Positions 9,456 through 20,419 are shown, numbered from the stretch's first letter. The stretch is 52,203 nucleotides of DNA from Candidatus Omnitrophota bacterium (GCA_015232535.1 JADFZM010000002.1:1-52203), one strand, 5' to 3'. Notes: generated by a model not told the origin, from the letters alone. Program-made: numbers and translations.

Positions 9456-10556
9456 ATGAAAATCAACGGACTCAAGCGGGATATGAATATTGCTCCAAGG
9501 AAACTGCTGATCGTTAATATCTTCGGTATCGGAGATGTCCTTTTTACTACCCCGATAATCAATAACCTCAAAGCTTTTTTCCCCGATCTCAAGCTCGGTT
9601 ACCTTTGTAACCGCCGGACCGAGGAGATGTTAAAGAGGAATAAAAAACTGGATAAAATACATGTCTATGAGCGCGATGAGTTCAAGGCGCTTTATAAGAG
9701 GTCAAAACCCGCCTATTTCCTGATGATTAAAGATTTTATCAAGGAGCTTAAAGAGCAAGGCTATGATACGGCGATCGATGTTTCTTTAAACACCTTTACG
9801 TCTTTTTTGGTCTGGTTTATCGGGGTCAAGAACCGCTATGTGATCAACTATAAAAACAGGAGTTTTCCTCTTAATAATAGGATAGATATCGACGGCTATG
9901 AGGAAAAGCATGTGATAGAATATTATTTGGATTTGCTGCGCGTTTTGGATATACCGGTTTTGACAAAAGGGATCGATATAGGTATTAACGAGCAGGACCT
10001 TTCTTGGGCAGAGGAATTCTTTAAGCGGAATTCCTTGCTCCAAAAGAAATTGGTAGTGGGGATTGTCCCGGGAGGCGGAGCGAGTTGGGGGAAGGACGCT
10101 ATTTATAAACGCTGGCCGCTCGAAAAATACGCCAAATTAGCTGACAATTTGATTGAAAATTACGGTGCGGAGATTATACTGATGGGGGATAAAAACGAAG
10201 TCGGATTGTGTTCTTCTATCGCCAAGCTGATGCGCAATAAAGTTTTTTCGGCTTGCGGTGATACAACTCTGTTCCAATTCGGCGCTTTAGCCCGCCGGTG
10301 TAATTTTTGCGTTTTGAATGACGGAGGGCCTTTACATGTAGCGGTGGCCGCGGGTGCCAGGGTTGTATCTGTGTTCGGGCCCGTTGAGGAAAAGGTTTAT
10401 GGCCCCTATCCGGCAGGGCATCATTTGGTTGTTGCTAAGGATATCCCATGCCGGCCTTGTTATCACAGGTTTAAAAGGGCAAGTTGTGAACACGTGAGCT
10501 GTTTAAAAATGTTGGAAGCACAAGAGGTATTAGAAAGGATTAAGAAGATTCTATGA
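9456..10556 (+). CDS. Glycosyltransferase family 9 (LPS heptosyltransferase-like)
   Basis: GIGDVLFTTP, KRWP, NDGGPLHVAVA, VFGP, CRPC. Confidence 0.88.
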   Translation: MKINGLKRDMNIAPRKLLIVNIFGIGDVLFTTPIINNLKAFFPDLKLGYLCNRRTEEMLKRNKKLDKIHVYERDEFKALYKRSKPAYFLMIKDFIKELKEQGYDTAIDVSLNTFTSFLVWFIGVKNRYVINYKNRSFPLNNRIDIDGYEEKHVIEYYLDLLRVLDIPVLTKGIDIGINEQDLSWAEEFFKRNSLLQKKLVVGIVPGGGASWGKDAIYKRWPLEKYAKLADNLIENYGAEIILMGDKNEVGLCSSIAKLMRNKVFSACGDTTLFQFGALARRCNFCVLNDGGPLHVAVAAGARVVSVFGPVEEKVYGPYPAGHHLVVAKDIPCRPCYHRFKRASCEHVSCLKMLEAQEVLERIKKIL

Positions 10557-11659
10557 AAGTTCCGTTTATTGATTTTACCGAACAGCACCAAACAATAAAG
10601 AAAGAGATCGAAACCGGCTTTAAGGAAGTCTTTCGCAGGGGAGATTTTGTTCTTGGCAAAGCGGCTGAAGAATTTGAAGCGCAGTTCGCCGGTTACTGTG
10701 ACTCAAAATACGGGGTGGGCGTTAACTCCGGAACGGACGCTTTATATTTGGCCGTATCGGCGTTGGATATCAACTTAGGAGATGAGGTTATAATTCCGCC
10801 TTTTACTTTTATCGCGACCGCTTTGTGCATTTCTTACACCGGGGCAAAGCCTGTTTTCGTTGATATCGAGGATGAGACCTATAACCTTGACCCTAAAAAG
10901 ATAAAACAGGCGATCACCAAAAAAACAAAAGCTATTATGCCTGTTCATCTCTACGGGCAAACGGCGGATATGGACGAGATAAATTCGATCGCTAAAGAAT
11001 ACGGTATTGCCGTTATCGAAGACGCCGCTCAGGCGCACGGCGCGAGATATAAAGGAAAAAGGTCCGGAGCTTTGGGAGAAGTAGCCTGCTTCAGCTTCTA
11101 TCCGACTAAGGGCTTAGGAGCTTACGGTGACGGGGGGATAGTTGTGACTAGTAATAAGGATATTTACGAAGAAGTAAAGATGCTCAGGGACTACGGCCGG
11201 GAAGGCCGTTACAAGCATAAGGTCAAGGGCTACAATTCCCGCCTCGATACTTTGCAGGCTGTGGTTTTATCGGCGAAGCTGAAACATCTGGACAAATGGA
11301 ACGAGCAAAGGTCAAATCACGCGGCCTATTACGGAAAGCTGTTAAAAGGGATCAAAGGCGTTAAGGTTCCCGTGGCAAAAAATGACCGCACCCATGTTTA
11401 TCAGACCTTCGCGATAAGGGTTAAAAACCGGGATGCTGTCTGTGCCGAACTGCAAAAAAGAGGGATAGGAGTACTTATCCATTATCCGATCCCGATCCAT
11501 CTTCAGGAAGCTTATCGGGAATTAAAACATAAAAAAGGCGATTTCCCGGTAAGCGAAGCATTATGCGAGGATGTTTTATCTTTACCTATGTTCCCGCATA
11601 TGACGAAAAAACAGATAGAATTTGTTTGTGAGAACATTAAAGAATTGGTGAAAAAATAA
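10553..11659 (+). CDS. DegT/DnrJ/EryC1/StrS sugar aminotransferase
   Basis: NSGTDAL, EDAAQAHG, FSFYPTKGLG (catalytic Lys present), NSRLDTLQA. Confidence 0.92.
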   Translation: MKVPFIDFTEQHQTIKKEIETGFKEVFRRGDFVLGKAAEEFEAQFAGYCDSKYGVGVNSGTDALYLAVSALDINLGDEVIIPPFTFIATALCISYTGAKPVFVDIEDETYNLDPKKIKQAITKKTKAIMPVHLYGQTADMDEINSIAKEYGIAVIEDAAQAHGARYKGKRSGALGEVACFSFYPTKGLGAYGDGGIVVTSNKDIYEEVKMLRDYGREGRYKHKVKGYNSRLDTLQAVVLSAKLKHLDKWNEQRSNHAAYYGKLLKGIKGVKVPVAKNDRTHVYQTFAIRVKNRDAVCAELQKRGIGVLIHYPIPIHLQEAYRELKHKKGDFPVSEALCEDVLSLPMFPHMTKKQIEFVCENIKELVKK

Positions 11660-12441
11660 TGCTGAATACTAAGACCGGGAAAATCCCTTTAAGTGTTGTT
11701 GTTATCACGAAAAATGAAGAGGCTAATATCGAAAAATGCCTGGGAAGCGCCTTGGGCTGGGCGGATGAGCTCTTGGTTGTCGATGATGAATCGACCGATA
11801 AAACGGTTGAGCTCTCGAAAAAACTTTCCGCCCGGGTTTTGCATAGAAAAATGGACAATGAAGGAATACACCGCAACTGGTCATATTCCCAAGCAAAGAA
11901 CGAATGGGTTTTAAGCCTGGATGCCGATGAATATGTTACGGAAGAACTGAAAAGGGCGATAACCGAGGCGATAAAAAAGGATGATTTTCAGGCGTATACT
12001 ATACCTCTTAAGAATTATATCGGCAGTTATTTTGTTAGGTACTCGGGCTGGTATCCGGCGGGAAAGACGCGGCTTTTTATGAAAAGCAAATTCCGCTATG
12101 AGGAGGTCGAAGTTCACCCGAAGGTATTCTTAGACGGAAAAACGGGCTTTCTTGAAGGCGATATTGTGCATAAAGGTTATCCCGATTTTGAGCATTTCCT
12201 AGGTAGCTTGAACAGGCAGACGACTTTAGAGGCCAGGAAATGGATAAATACCGGAAGGCAAATGTCTTTGGGCCGGGCTGTATGGCGGACCCTGGACAGG
12301 TTTCCACGTTCTTTCTTCGGGAAGAGAGGTTTTAAGGACGGGTTTATCGGTTTTATGATCGCTTTTTTTGCCTCGCTTTACCAGATAATGAGCTATGCCA
12401 AATATTGGCAGATGAAGAGGGAAAATAATCAAACCAAATGA
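11659..12441 (+). CDS. Glycosyltransferase family 2 (WaaE/LgtF-like)
   Basis: SVVVITKNEE, VDDESTD, SLDADE, GFKDGFIG. Confidence 0.88.
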   Translation: MLNTKTGKIPLSVVVITKNEEANIEKCLGSALGWADELLVVDDESTDKTVELSKKLSARVLHRKMDNEGIHRNWSYSQAKNEWVLSLDADEYVTEELKRAITEAIKKDDFQAYTIPLKNYIGSYFVRYSGWYPAGKTRLFMKSKFRYEEVEVHPKVFLDGKTGFLEGDIVHKGYPDFEHFLGSLNRQTTLEARKWINTGRQMSLGRAVWRTLDRFPRSFFGKRGFKDGFIGFMIAFFASLYQIMSYAKYWQMKRENNQTK

Positions 12442-13010
12442 AGATAGTCTTCCTGGATAGAGACGGAGTGGTTAATCAGTTCCCCGGAAACGGCGAATAT
12501 GTAACTAAGCTGAAGAATTTTTCTTTTATCCCGGGTTCGCTTGAGGCTATCCGCCTTTTAACGGAGAATGGCTATCGGATCTTTATCATCTCCAATCAGG
12601 CCGGTGTGGCCAAGGGCGTTTATTCGATGAGCAAGTTAAAACTCATTAATAGAAAGATGCTCGACGGCATTAAGAAAGCCGGCGGAAAAATAAACAAGAC
12701 TTTCTACTGCACGCACCGCTCCGATGAAGGCTGCCACTGCCGGAAGCCGGAGATAGGAAGCATCATAAAAGCCCTTAAGTCGGTTGGGCAAAGCCTTCAA
12801 ACGGAAAATACTCGCTTTTTCGTCGGGGATTCGAAGTCGGATATCTTGACCGGTTTTCGCTCGGGGTGCCGCACTATCCTTGTCCTTTCGGGAAGGGCAA
12901 AAAGAAAAGATGTCGGCAAATGGGGAGTGCGCCCGGAATATATCGTCAAAAACCTTCAGGAAGCAACAAAAATAATAATCGGCTCAAACGGGTCAAAAGA
13001 ACCTGCCTAA
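12438..13010 (+). CDS. gmhB: D-glycero-D-manno-heptose 1,7-bisphosphate phosphatase (HAD IIIA)
   Basis: FLDRDGVVN, SNQAG, CTH...CHCRKP, VGDSKSD. Confidence 0.88.
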   Translation: MKIVFLDRDGVVNQFPGNGEYVTKLKNFSFIPGSLEAIRLLTENGYRIFIISNQAGVAKGVYSMSKLKLINRKMLDGIKKAGGKINKTFYCTHRSDEGCHCRKPEIGSIIKALKSVGQSLQTENTRFFVGDSKSDILTGFRSGCRTILVLSGRAKRKDVGKWGVRPEYIVKNLQEATKIIIGSNGSKEPA

Positions 13011-13035
13011 GCAAAATCAAAAAGGGGAGTATGCC

Positions 13036-14118
13036 ATGAAAATACTCGTTATCTACGCTTCGGCCGGGGCCGGGCATCAAAAGGCCGCGGAGGCTATTTA
13101 CGAAGGTATAAAGAAATATACTTCCCACGAGGCGAGGCTCGTCGATGTACTTGATTATACCAATTCAAAGAATTTATATAAAAAAAGCTACTTTTTAATG
13201 ATCTCTAAGGCCCCTTGGCTATGGGCTTTCTTTTTCGGTTTGATCGATATCCCCTGGCTGCAGCCATTGGTTCGTTTTGTAAGAAGGGTTTATAACTCGA
13301 TAATTGCAGTTAAACTGGAGAAATTCCTTAAGGCGGAACAGTTTGATTATATTTTATCGACCCATTTCATGCCTAATGAGGTCGCTTCAAGCTTAAAAGC
13401 CAAAGGTTTGATCAAATCAAAAGTGATCTCCTGCGTGACCGATTTTGACGTTCATAAGATATGGCTGGGGAAAGCGGTTGATAAATATACTGTTGCCTGC
13501 GAATGGACTAAAGAGAAATTAAAGTCTATCGGAATAGATGAGAAAAAGATCTTTGTGACCGGTATCCCTACTAACGAAAAATTCGCCGCTAAAGTTGATG
13601 TTTCCGAATTGAAAAAGAAATTAGGGGTAAGGCCGGATGCTTTTACGGCTCTTATTGCGACCGGCTCTTTTGGTATCGGGCCGATCGAGGAAATAATAAA
13701 GGCTTTGAACGGAGAAATGCAGGTTGTGGTCGTTTGCGGACATAACAAAGGCTTGTATCAAACATTAAGCGAACAAAAATACGGCGATGTTGTCGTATTT
13801 AGCCTGGTTGATAACATGTACGAGCTGATGTCGGTTGCCGATGTTATGGTCACTAAGCCCGGCGGATTGTCTATCTCCGAGGCCTTGGTTAAGCAGCTCC
13901 CGATGATATTCTTCAGCCCTATCCCGGGGCAGGAAACCAACAACATTATGGTTTTAAAGCGTTATGGAATCGGCTTTGAAGGCTCGGGGATAGAAGAGAT
14001 TGTTTCGGAACTGAAAAGCCTTATGAATTCCCGAGATAAATTCCTGACGGCATTAAAGATGACCACAAACTTATCTTATCCTTCCGCGGTAAAAGATATT
14101 GTTTCGCTTATTGTATGA
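13036..14118 (+). CDS. MGDG synthase/UgtP-like GT28 glycosyltransferase
   Basis: SAGAGHQKAA, TDFDVH, TKPGGLSISEA, PIPGQE. Confidence 0.85.
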   Translation: MKILVIYASAGAGHQKAAEAIYEGIKKYTSHEARLVDVLDYTNSKNLYKKSYFLMISKAPWLWAFFFGLIDIPWLQPLVRFVRRVYNSIIAVKLEKFLKAEQFDYILSTHFMPNEVASSLKAKGLIKSKVISCVTDFDVHKIWLGKAVDKYTVACEWTKEKLKSIGIDEKKIFVTGIPTNEKFAAKVDVSELKKKLGVRPDAFTALIATGSFGIGPIEEIIKALNGEMQVVVVCGHNKGLYQTLSEQKYGDVVVFSLVDNMYELMSVADVMVTKPGGLSISEALVKQLPMIFFSPIPGQETNNIMVLKRYGIGFEGSGIEEIVSELKSLMNSRDKFLTALKMTTNLSYPSAVKDIVSLIV

Positions 14119-15959
14119 GCAAGACCGTCGCCCAAGTTGTTTTTAGCCTGCCTATAGAAGGCCATTTCGACTATTCTGTCGACGATAAGTTGAAAAGTGC
14201 TATTTACCCCGGCCAGAGGGTCAAAGTCGTTTTCAATAAAAGAAAAATCATCGGATATATTCTAAAGCTGAGCAACAAAAGCCAAATTCAAGACCTCAAT
14301 CCGGTTATTGAGGTGCTGGATAAAGGGCGGATTTTATCCGACGGGGAATTGGCTTTTGCCGGGGAATTCAGCCGCTATTACGGGTGCAGTTTAGGCGAGG
14401 CGATAGAATGTTTTCTTCCCGTTGCCCTAAGAGGAGCGGCGAAGACTTTATCTGTCGTTAAAGAGCCTGTTTATAACCCAGGGGTTAAGCCGAAGGCCAC
14501 AGTTTTGAACATGCCGGATAAAGAGGCGGGTTTTAAATATTTGCTGGAGCGTATAAAAACCTATACCGATGATAAAAAGGGGATCCTTATAATTGTCCCC
14601 GAGAGTGCACAGGTAAAGCGCCTTACTGAGGTTATTAAGAAAGCTATAGACGCGCCGATACTTTCTCTTGAGCGGCCTCTTGTTATGAAAAGCGATATCT
14701 CAAAATGGGAAGCTATCAAAAATGGCGATACGGGCATAGTTGTCGGTACGCGATCTTCGGTTTTTTCGCCTCTCTATAAATTGGGGTTAATCGTTATGTT
14801 CCACGAGTGCAACTACAGCTACCGGCAGGAGCAGTCCCCGCATTACCATACCCGCGATGTATGTTTAATGCGCTCTAAGTTATCCGGTTGTGACCTTATT
14901 TTTGCCGGCGAGGCTTTTAGCGCCGAAGTTTGGAACATGAAAAACAAGTTTAAATGGGAGTACAAAGACTTCCCCAGAGAAAAATATGCCGATCTCCAGA
15001 TCGTCGATATGGAGAATTACGGGCCGAAAACAAATTACTATTTATCTTATCCTTTGCAGAATGCGATCTCTAAATCTTTGGCGGAGAATAAAAAGGCATT
15101 GTTGTTTTTTAACCGAAAAGGATTCAATTCCAGGACTCAGTGCAGCCAATGCGGATACACCCTGAAATGCGAAAGGTGCGATACGTGGCTTACCTTTATA
15201 TATTCTGCCCAGTCCCTGGCCTGCCCGCGCTGCGGATTCAAATGCGAGCTCCCTAAGATTTGCCCGAAATGCGAGAAATCCTACTTGAAATCTTCCGGAA
15301 TGGGAATTGAAAAACTGGAAAGCGACCTAATGCGGTTCTTCCCTCAGGCTAAGATTTGCTGTTTTGATAAGGATTCGAAGAATTTTAATCCGGACGCGAA
15401 TATCATTATCGCCACCTCGGCTATCCTGAAAAAGGCAGACACATTGAATATCGATATCGCTGCCTGCATTAACCTCGACTCTGAATTGAACCGGCCGGAT
15501 TACCGAAGCGCCGAAGGGGCCTTCTTTTTGCTGATAGCTTTGCGGAATTTGGCGAAAGAAAAGCTGATTGTTCAGACCCGGTTGCCTGATAATTACTCAT
15601 TAAGATCCTTAAAAAAGCTGGATTTTAATGCGTTTTACAAAGAGGAGTTAAAATTAAGGAAAGAGTTAGGTTTCCCTCCATATAAGGATATGGTGGTTGT
15701 GACTTTGCGCGCCGCGGATAAAAAGAAGGCGGAGGAAAGCGCGGAAGAATTATATAAAGCGCTTATAGAGAAGAAGCCCAAAAACATAGAAATTATCGAG
15801 CCCCAGCCCAGCATTGTTCCGAAGTTGCGGGATAAGTTCCGATATAGTATCATGCTTAAAGGGCGTTCCCCGGATAAGCTTATAAGTTATTTAAAAGATT
15901 GCCAAAAAAGACAGAAAAACAAACATTCTGTGGTGACAACGATAGAAGTGAACCCTTAA
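14115..15959 (+). CDS. priA: Primosomal protein N' (PriA) with degenerate helicase motifs
   Basis: N-terminal FDY..PGQRVKV domain, VGTRSSVF, four CxxC pairs, GFPPY and C-terminal domain; no Walker A or DExH. Confidence 0.85.
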   Translation: MSKTVAQVVFSLPIEGHFDYSVDDKLKSAIYPGQRVKVVFNKRKIIGYILKLSNKSQIQDLNPVIEVLDKGRILSDGELAFAGEFSRYYGCSLGEAIECFLPVALRGAAKTLSVVKEPVYNPGVKPKATVLNMPDKEAGFKYLLERIKTYTDDKKGILIIVPESAQVKRLTEVIKKAIDAPILSLERPLVMKSDISKWEAIKNGDTGIVVGTRSSVFSPLYKLGLIVMFHECNYSYRQEQSPHYHTRDVCLMRSKLSGCDLIFAGEAFSAEVWNMKNKFKWEYKDFPREKYADLQIVDMENYGPKTNYYLSYPLQNAISKSLAENKKALLFFNRKGFNSRTQCSQCGYTLKCERCDTWLTFIYSAQSLACPRCGFKCELPKICPKCEKSYLKSSGMGIEKLESDLMRFFPQAKICCFDKDSKNFNPDANIIIATSAILKKADTLNIDIAACINLDSELNRPDYRSAEGAFFLLIALRNLAKEKLIVQTRLPDNYSLRSLKKLDFNAFYKEELKLRKELGFPPYKDMVVVTLRAADKKKAEESAEELYKALIEKKPKNIEIIEPQPSIVPKLRDKFRYSIMLKGRSPDKLISYLKDCQKRQKNKHSVVTTIEVNP

Positions 15960-15961
15960 AG

Positions 15962-16894
15962 ATGAAAATAGTATTTTTCGGAAGCGACGATTTCGCGGCG
16001 TGCCATTTAGAGGCTCTTTTGTCGGCAAAAGAGGGGATAATTTGCTGCGTTTGCCCCGTCGATAAAGCCGTCGGGCGCGGAATGCGAAAGGCCTCGTCCC
16101 CGGTCAAGGAAATCGCTGTCAAAAATGGCATTGATGTTTTGCAGCCGCTTGATCTTATGGATAGAGGCTTTTTAGAGAAGCTAGAGGCATTTGAAGCGGA
16201 CCTTTTTATAGTCATCGCATACGGGAAAATACTTCCCAAGGAAGTTTTAACGATACCAAGAATATTTTCGATAAATGTCCATGCCTCATTGTTGCCTAAA
16301 TACCGCGGAGCGGCTCCTATAAACTGGGCTGTTATAAACGGAGAAGAATCTACCGGCATAACCATTATAAAAATCAACGAAAAAATGGATGCCGGAGAGA
16401 TCGTAAGCTCATGCATCGTTCCTATTTCCCGCGGCGATACGTCGTATCAGTTAAGGGAGAAAATGAAAAGTATCGGGCCTCAGCTCCTAAAAGGCACGGT
16501 TCAAGCGATTTTGGCGGGTAAATATAAATTAACTTCGCAGGACGAGTCAAAGGTAAGTTTTGCCCCGAAATTGACAAAAGAAAACGGCAAGATCGACTGG
16601 AATAATCAAGCCGAGGCCATATGCAATAAAGTTAGGGGCCTTTTGCCCTGGCCTTCTGCTTATACTTTTTATCGTGGAAAGATGCTGAAAATATTGAGAG
16701 CGGATGTCTCGGCTTTTATGGCGCAGGGGCATAAGCCGGGCGAGGTTGTTTCAACCGATAAGAAGGGGGTAAACATAGCCGCTAAGGGAAGCGTTGTCCT
16801 GATTAAGGAAGTGCATTTACAGGACGGGAAGCAAATTTCAGCCTTTGATTTTACTTTAGGGCATGAGTTGAATCCCGGGGAGCGTTTGGAATAA
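15962..16894 (+). CDS. fmt: Methionyl-tRNA formyltransferase
   Basis: MKIVFFGSDDFA, NVHASLLPKYRGAAPI, MDAG, PWPSAY. Confidence 0.95.
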   Translation: MKIVFFGSDDFAACHLEALLSAKEGIICCVCPVDKAVGRGMRKASSPVKEIAVKNGIDVLQPLDLMDRGFLEKLEAFEADLFIVIAYGKILPKEVLTIPRIFSINVHASLLPKYRGAAPINWAVINGEESTGITIIKINEKMDAGEIVSSCIVPISRGDTSYQLREKMKSIGPQLLKGTVQAILAGKYKLTSQDESKVSFAPKLTKENGKIDWNNQAEAICNKVRGLLPWPSAYTFYRGKMLKILRADVSAFMAQGHKPGEVVSTDKKGVNIAAKGSVVLIKEVHLQDGKQISAFDFTLGHELNPGERLE

Positions 16895-16923
16895 ATAAAG
16901 GCAGCTAGAAACAGCAAAATAAC

Positions 16924-16952
16924 TTGACAATATCCCGAAGAGGATATAGCTT
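16924..16952 (+). promoter_or_regulatory. Sigma70-type promoter for gap
   Basis: TTGACA-17 bp-TAGCTT, upstream of a GAGGAGG RBS. Confidence 0.6.
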
Positions 16953-16995
16953 ATATTAGTTTTATTTATTTGAAAAAAGCGCTTCAACATTTTAA

Positions 16996-18066
<1,071 letters not shown>

Positions 18067-18082
18067 TTAAGGCTTTTAGTTT

Positions 18083-18120
18083 AAAGGGGATCGCTGTTTT
18101 GGCGGTCCCCTTTTGTTTTT
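18083..18120 (+). terminator. Rho-independent terminator after gap
   Basis: AAAGGGGATCGC...GCGGTCCCCTTTT stem followed by a T tract. Confidence 0.85.
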
Positions 18121-18148
18121 AAATTATGTTTGGCTATACTGTTTTTTT

Positions 18149-18157
18149 TGGTATAAT
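18149..18157 (+). promoter_or_regulatory. Extended -10 element for the pilin gene
   Basis: TGgTATAAT 34 bp upstream of the ATG. Confidence 0.45.
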
Positions 18158-18190
18158 CTGAAATATCATCTACGGGAAAAAGGGGCCAGT

Positions 18191-18661
18191 ATGCAATCCA
18201 AAGCATTTACGCTTATGGAAATCCTTATAACGGTCATTATAGTCGGGGTATTAGCTTCCGTCGCTATCCCCCGTTATGTGTCTACGGTGGAAAGGGTCAG
18301 GGCTATGGAGGGGATCAATCTCCTGAAACAGCTTTTAGGCGCGCAGAAGATCTATAGGATGGAGAACGGGATATATTGCTACTGGATCTCTGACTGTTGG
18401 GATGACCTGGGAGTGGGTATAGAAAATTTTCAAAATGATGATCCAAATGATATTGAGCATTTTGACTGGGATACTCGCTCGACCGGAGCCGAAGGGCAGC
18501 TCGCAGCAGGGCAGAGATTAGCTATTATTAGAAGGCTTAACAGAAACACGAATAGTTGTTTATACAGGCTGAGGATTAATGAAGATTCTACGATTGATTG
18601 CGACAATGAACCAGGTTGTACAAATTTTAGCTGTGAACGATTGGGGCGGCTGGCCTATTAA
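18191..18661 (+). CDS. Type IV pilin-like protein (prepilin N-methylation domain)
   Basis: MQSKA|FTLMEILITVIIVGVLASVAIPRY; Cys-rich C-terminus; ATG 18191 preferred over the longer ORF-track start. Confidence 0.85.
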   Translation: MQSKAFTLMEILITVIIVGVLASVAIPRYVSTVERVRAMEGINLLKQLLGAQKIYRMENGIYCYWISDCWDDLGVGIENFQNDDPNDIEHFDWDTRSTGAEGQLAAGQRLAIIRRLNRNTNSCLYRLRINEDSTIDCDNEPGCTNFSCERLGRLAY

Positions 18662-18685
18662 AAATAGAATAGAACGGGAGGAGAA

Positions 18686-18913
18686 ATGATCACGCCGGAG
18701 ATGAGAGAACTGATAAACGATCCTCGCGTAAAAGAGGAGATCAACAAACACCGTTGGTATGAAAGCGAGCGCAAGGGCTCGGATGTCGGGTTGGACTATG
18801 CGGTTGAGGATTGGCTGAGAAAATACTCTTTATCTTGGATGAAACGTAATATTTCCCTAGAAAGGACAGAAACTGTTTGGGAATCGATAAAGAAAGTATT
18901 TAATAAAAAGTAA
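18686..18913 (+). CDS. Small DUF4032-like protein
   Basis: GGAG RBS; EINKHRWYESERKGSDVGLDYAVEDW resembles the DUF4032 motif. Confidence 0.65.
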   Translation: MITPEMRELINDPRVKEEINKHRWYESERKGSDVGLDYAVEDWLRKYSLSWMKRNISLERTETVWESIKKVFNKK

Positions 18914-18971
18914 AGGCCTATTAACCTTAGGGATCCCTTAAACGTTTTCAATAAATTTAGCGCAAACAGGC

Positions 18972-19013
18972 AAAAAAAAGGCAACTCAAATATTGAGTTG
19001 CCTTTTTGTTTTT
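18972..19013. terminator. Bidirectional Rho-independent terminator
   Basis: Perfect stem AAAAAGGCAACTCAA-ATA-TTGAGTTGCCTTTTT between convergent genes. Confidence 0.9.
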
Positions 19014-19030
19014 ATGAAATCCGAAATTAA

Positions 19031-20200
19031 TTACCTGCCGCCGTACTGTTCCATCAAAAGCATCTTTGACCCTTTAGTCGGTGGCTTTGTTGTCTTTGCG
19101 GCTTCTATTGTATTGCCATAAGCCCCGATATTTACTCTTCCGCCGTTATAATTGGGCTCAAGAGAATAGGGGTCTGCCGGATCTCCTTGATCGATTACCG
19201 GAGAAATAAAGTTTTGCTCATGAAAGTCTCCGTTTGCCGCATCGACAAAAAGAGGGTCCTCGGAGATATTGTTAGCAAGAGTTGCTCGACCGGTCTGATA
19301 ATCACCCGAATCGTTTAAGTATACATCATTATATGAAACTGTTACGTTTTGGTCGCGGTCGGTAGTAAGCTTTGTTACTATTCCCCTCCCGCGGTTATTA
19401 AATACAACATTGTTCCTAATACTAACTGATAATGGTGTGTAATAGAGAGCTGTTGATATTGCTTTTCCTTGGGTGTTTGTAAGCCCGGTTATGGTGTTAT
19501 TAACTATAGTTCCTCGAAAAAGCTGACCTTCCGCTTGAATTCCATTGCCAAAATTTGTTATTAAATTGTTTCTGATTATAACTTGTTCATTGACGGTATT
19601 TGAATTAGATAAAATACCTACTGAGTTAGGGCAATTATTAGATCCCAAGATTATTAGTTTATTTCCGGAGATGGAACCGGATGTTCCACTAAACTCGAAC
19701 CCCTTCTGTACAGAACAGGATCCGTTATGGACTTCAAAATGATTGTTGGTAATTCTCGCATTGGATACTCCAAGAGCGACTACACCAGTACCAACTACAT
19801 TTACAAACTTTGAATTCCTGACTTCCATTTCAGAGCTATAATTAAATGATAAATCAATGTTGTCGAATTTCATGTTTTCAATAACAATGTTGTCAGAATC
19901 AAAAACGTGTATAGATAGATTCAGGATAGTGTCTTCCGATGATTCACCCCTAAATGTCAGATTTGATTTATTTTCCAAGTAGATATGCGGTTCTCCTTCC
20001 TCAGGATTTTCCGAGGAGGAGGGAACATACACTCCGTTAGCAATAAAAATAGTATCTCCTTCTTCAGCTGCGTCTATGGCTTGATAGATTTTTGGGTAAT
20101 CTGCAGGAACATTAAGAGTCGCCGCTTCACCAATATAGGGAAGGGCCCAGAAACAAACAACTGCGGTGAGAAAAACTGTTGATAGGGTTAATTTCTTCAT
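19031..20200 (-). CDS. Secreted right-handed parallel beta-helix (pectin lyase-fold) protein
   Basis: Signal peptide MKKLTLST..AEA; VPADYPKIYQAIDAA..GDTIFIANGVY; Asn-rich repeats; DPLFVD..GDFH..SPVID..GAYG; AAGGAG RBS. Confidence 0.85.
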   Translation of the reverse strand: MKKLTLSTVFLTAVVCFWALPYIGEAATLNVPADYPKIYQAIDAAEEGDTIFIANGVYVPSSSENPEEGEPHIYLENKSNLTFRGESSEDTILNLSIHVFDSDNIVIENMKFDNIDLSFNYSSEMEVRNSKFVNVVGTGVVALGVSNARITNNHFEVHNGSCSVQKGFEFSGTSGSISGNKLIILGSNNCPNSVGILSNSNTVNEQVIIRNNLITNFGNGIQAEGQLFRGTIVNNTITGLTNTQGKAISTALYYTPLSVSIRNNVVFNNRGRGIVTKLTTDRDQNVTVSYNDVYLNDSGDYQTGRATLANNISEDPLFVDAANGDFHEQNFISPVIDQGDPADPYSLEPNYNGGRVNIGAYGNTIEAAKTTKPPTKGSKMLLMEQYGGR

Positions 20201-20283
20201 TAAGATCTCCTTTCGTTCGTGCTGCAAAATTTAAAAGCCCTTTTCCTTATCAGAATAGGGCTATTAAACAAAAAAATCGTTTT

Positions 20284-20362
20284 GTTCGGTAGTCCGGCTA
20301 TCCTTTTTAAGGACCATGGATTTTGCGTCCCAGCATTACTGCTGGTTTGCCTTTATCGTAAA
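20284..20362 (-). ncRNA. Cyclic di-GMP-I (GEMM) riboswitch
   Basis: Minus strand reads GAUAAAGGCAAACCAGCA-GUAA-UGCUGGGACGCAAAAUCCAUGGUCCUUAAAAAGGAUAGCCGGACUACCGA, matching the GEMM consensus; lies in the 5' UTR of the beta-helix gene. Confidence 0.9.
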
Positions 20363-20391
20363 ACGACAAATATTTTATACATCCGTTTACA

Positions 20392-20419
20392 AGAATAGCA
20401 TTAATTTTCAATCTGTCAA
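20392..20419 (-). promoter_or_regulatory. Sigma70 promoter driving the riboswitch and beta-helix gene
   Basis: TTGACA-16 bp-TATTCT with TGn extension on the minus strand. Confidence 0.65.

Noticed and set aside
18113-18190. Longer N-terminus for the pilin given by the ORF track
   Set aside because: It overlaps the gap terminator and the promoter; ATG 18191 gives a normal short prepilin leader
20284-20362. c-GAMP (GEMM-Ib) specificity for the riboswitch
   Set aside because: The discriminator position reads G (AAGGCAAACC), as in c-di-GMP binders
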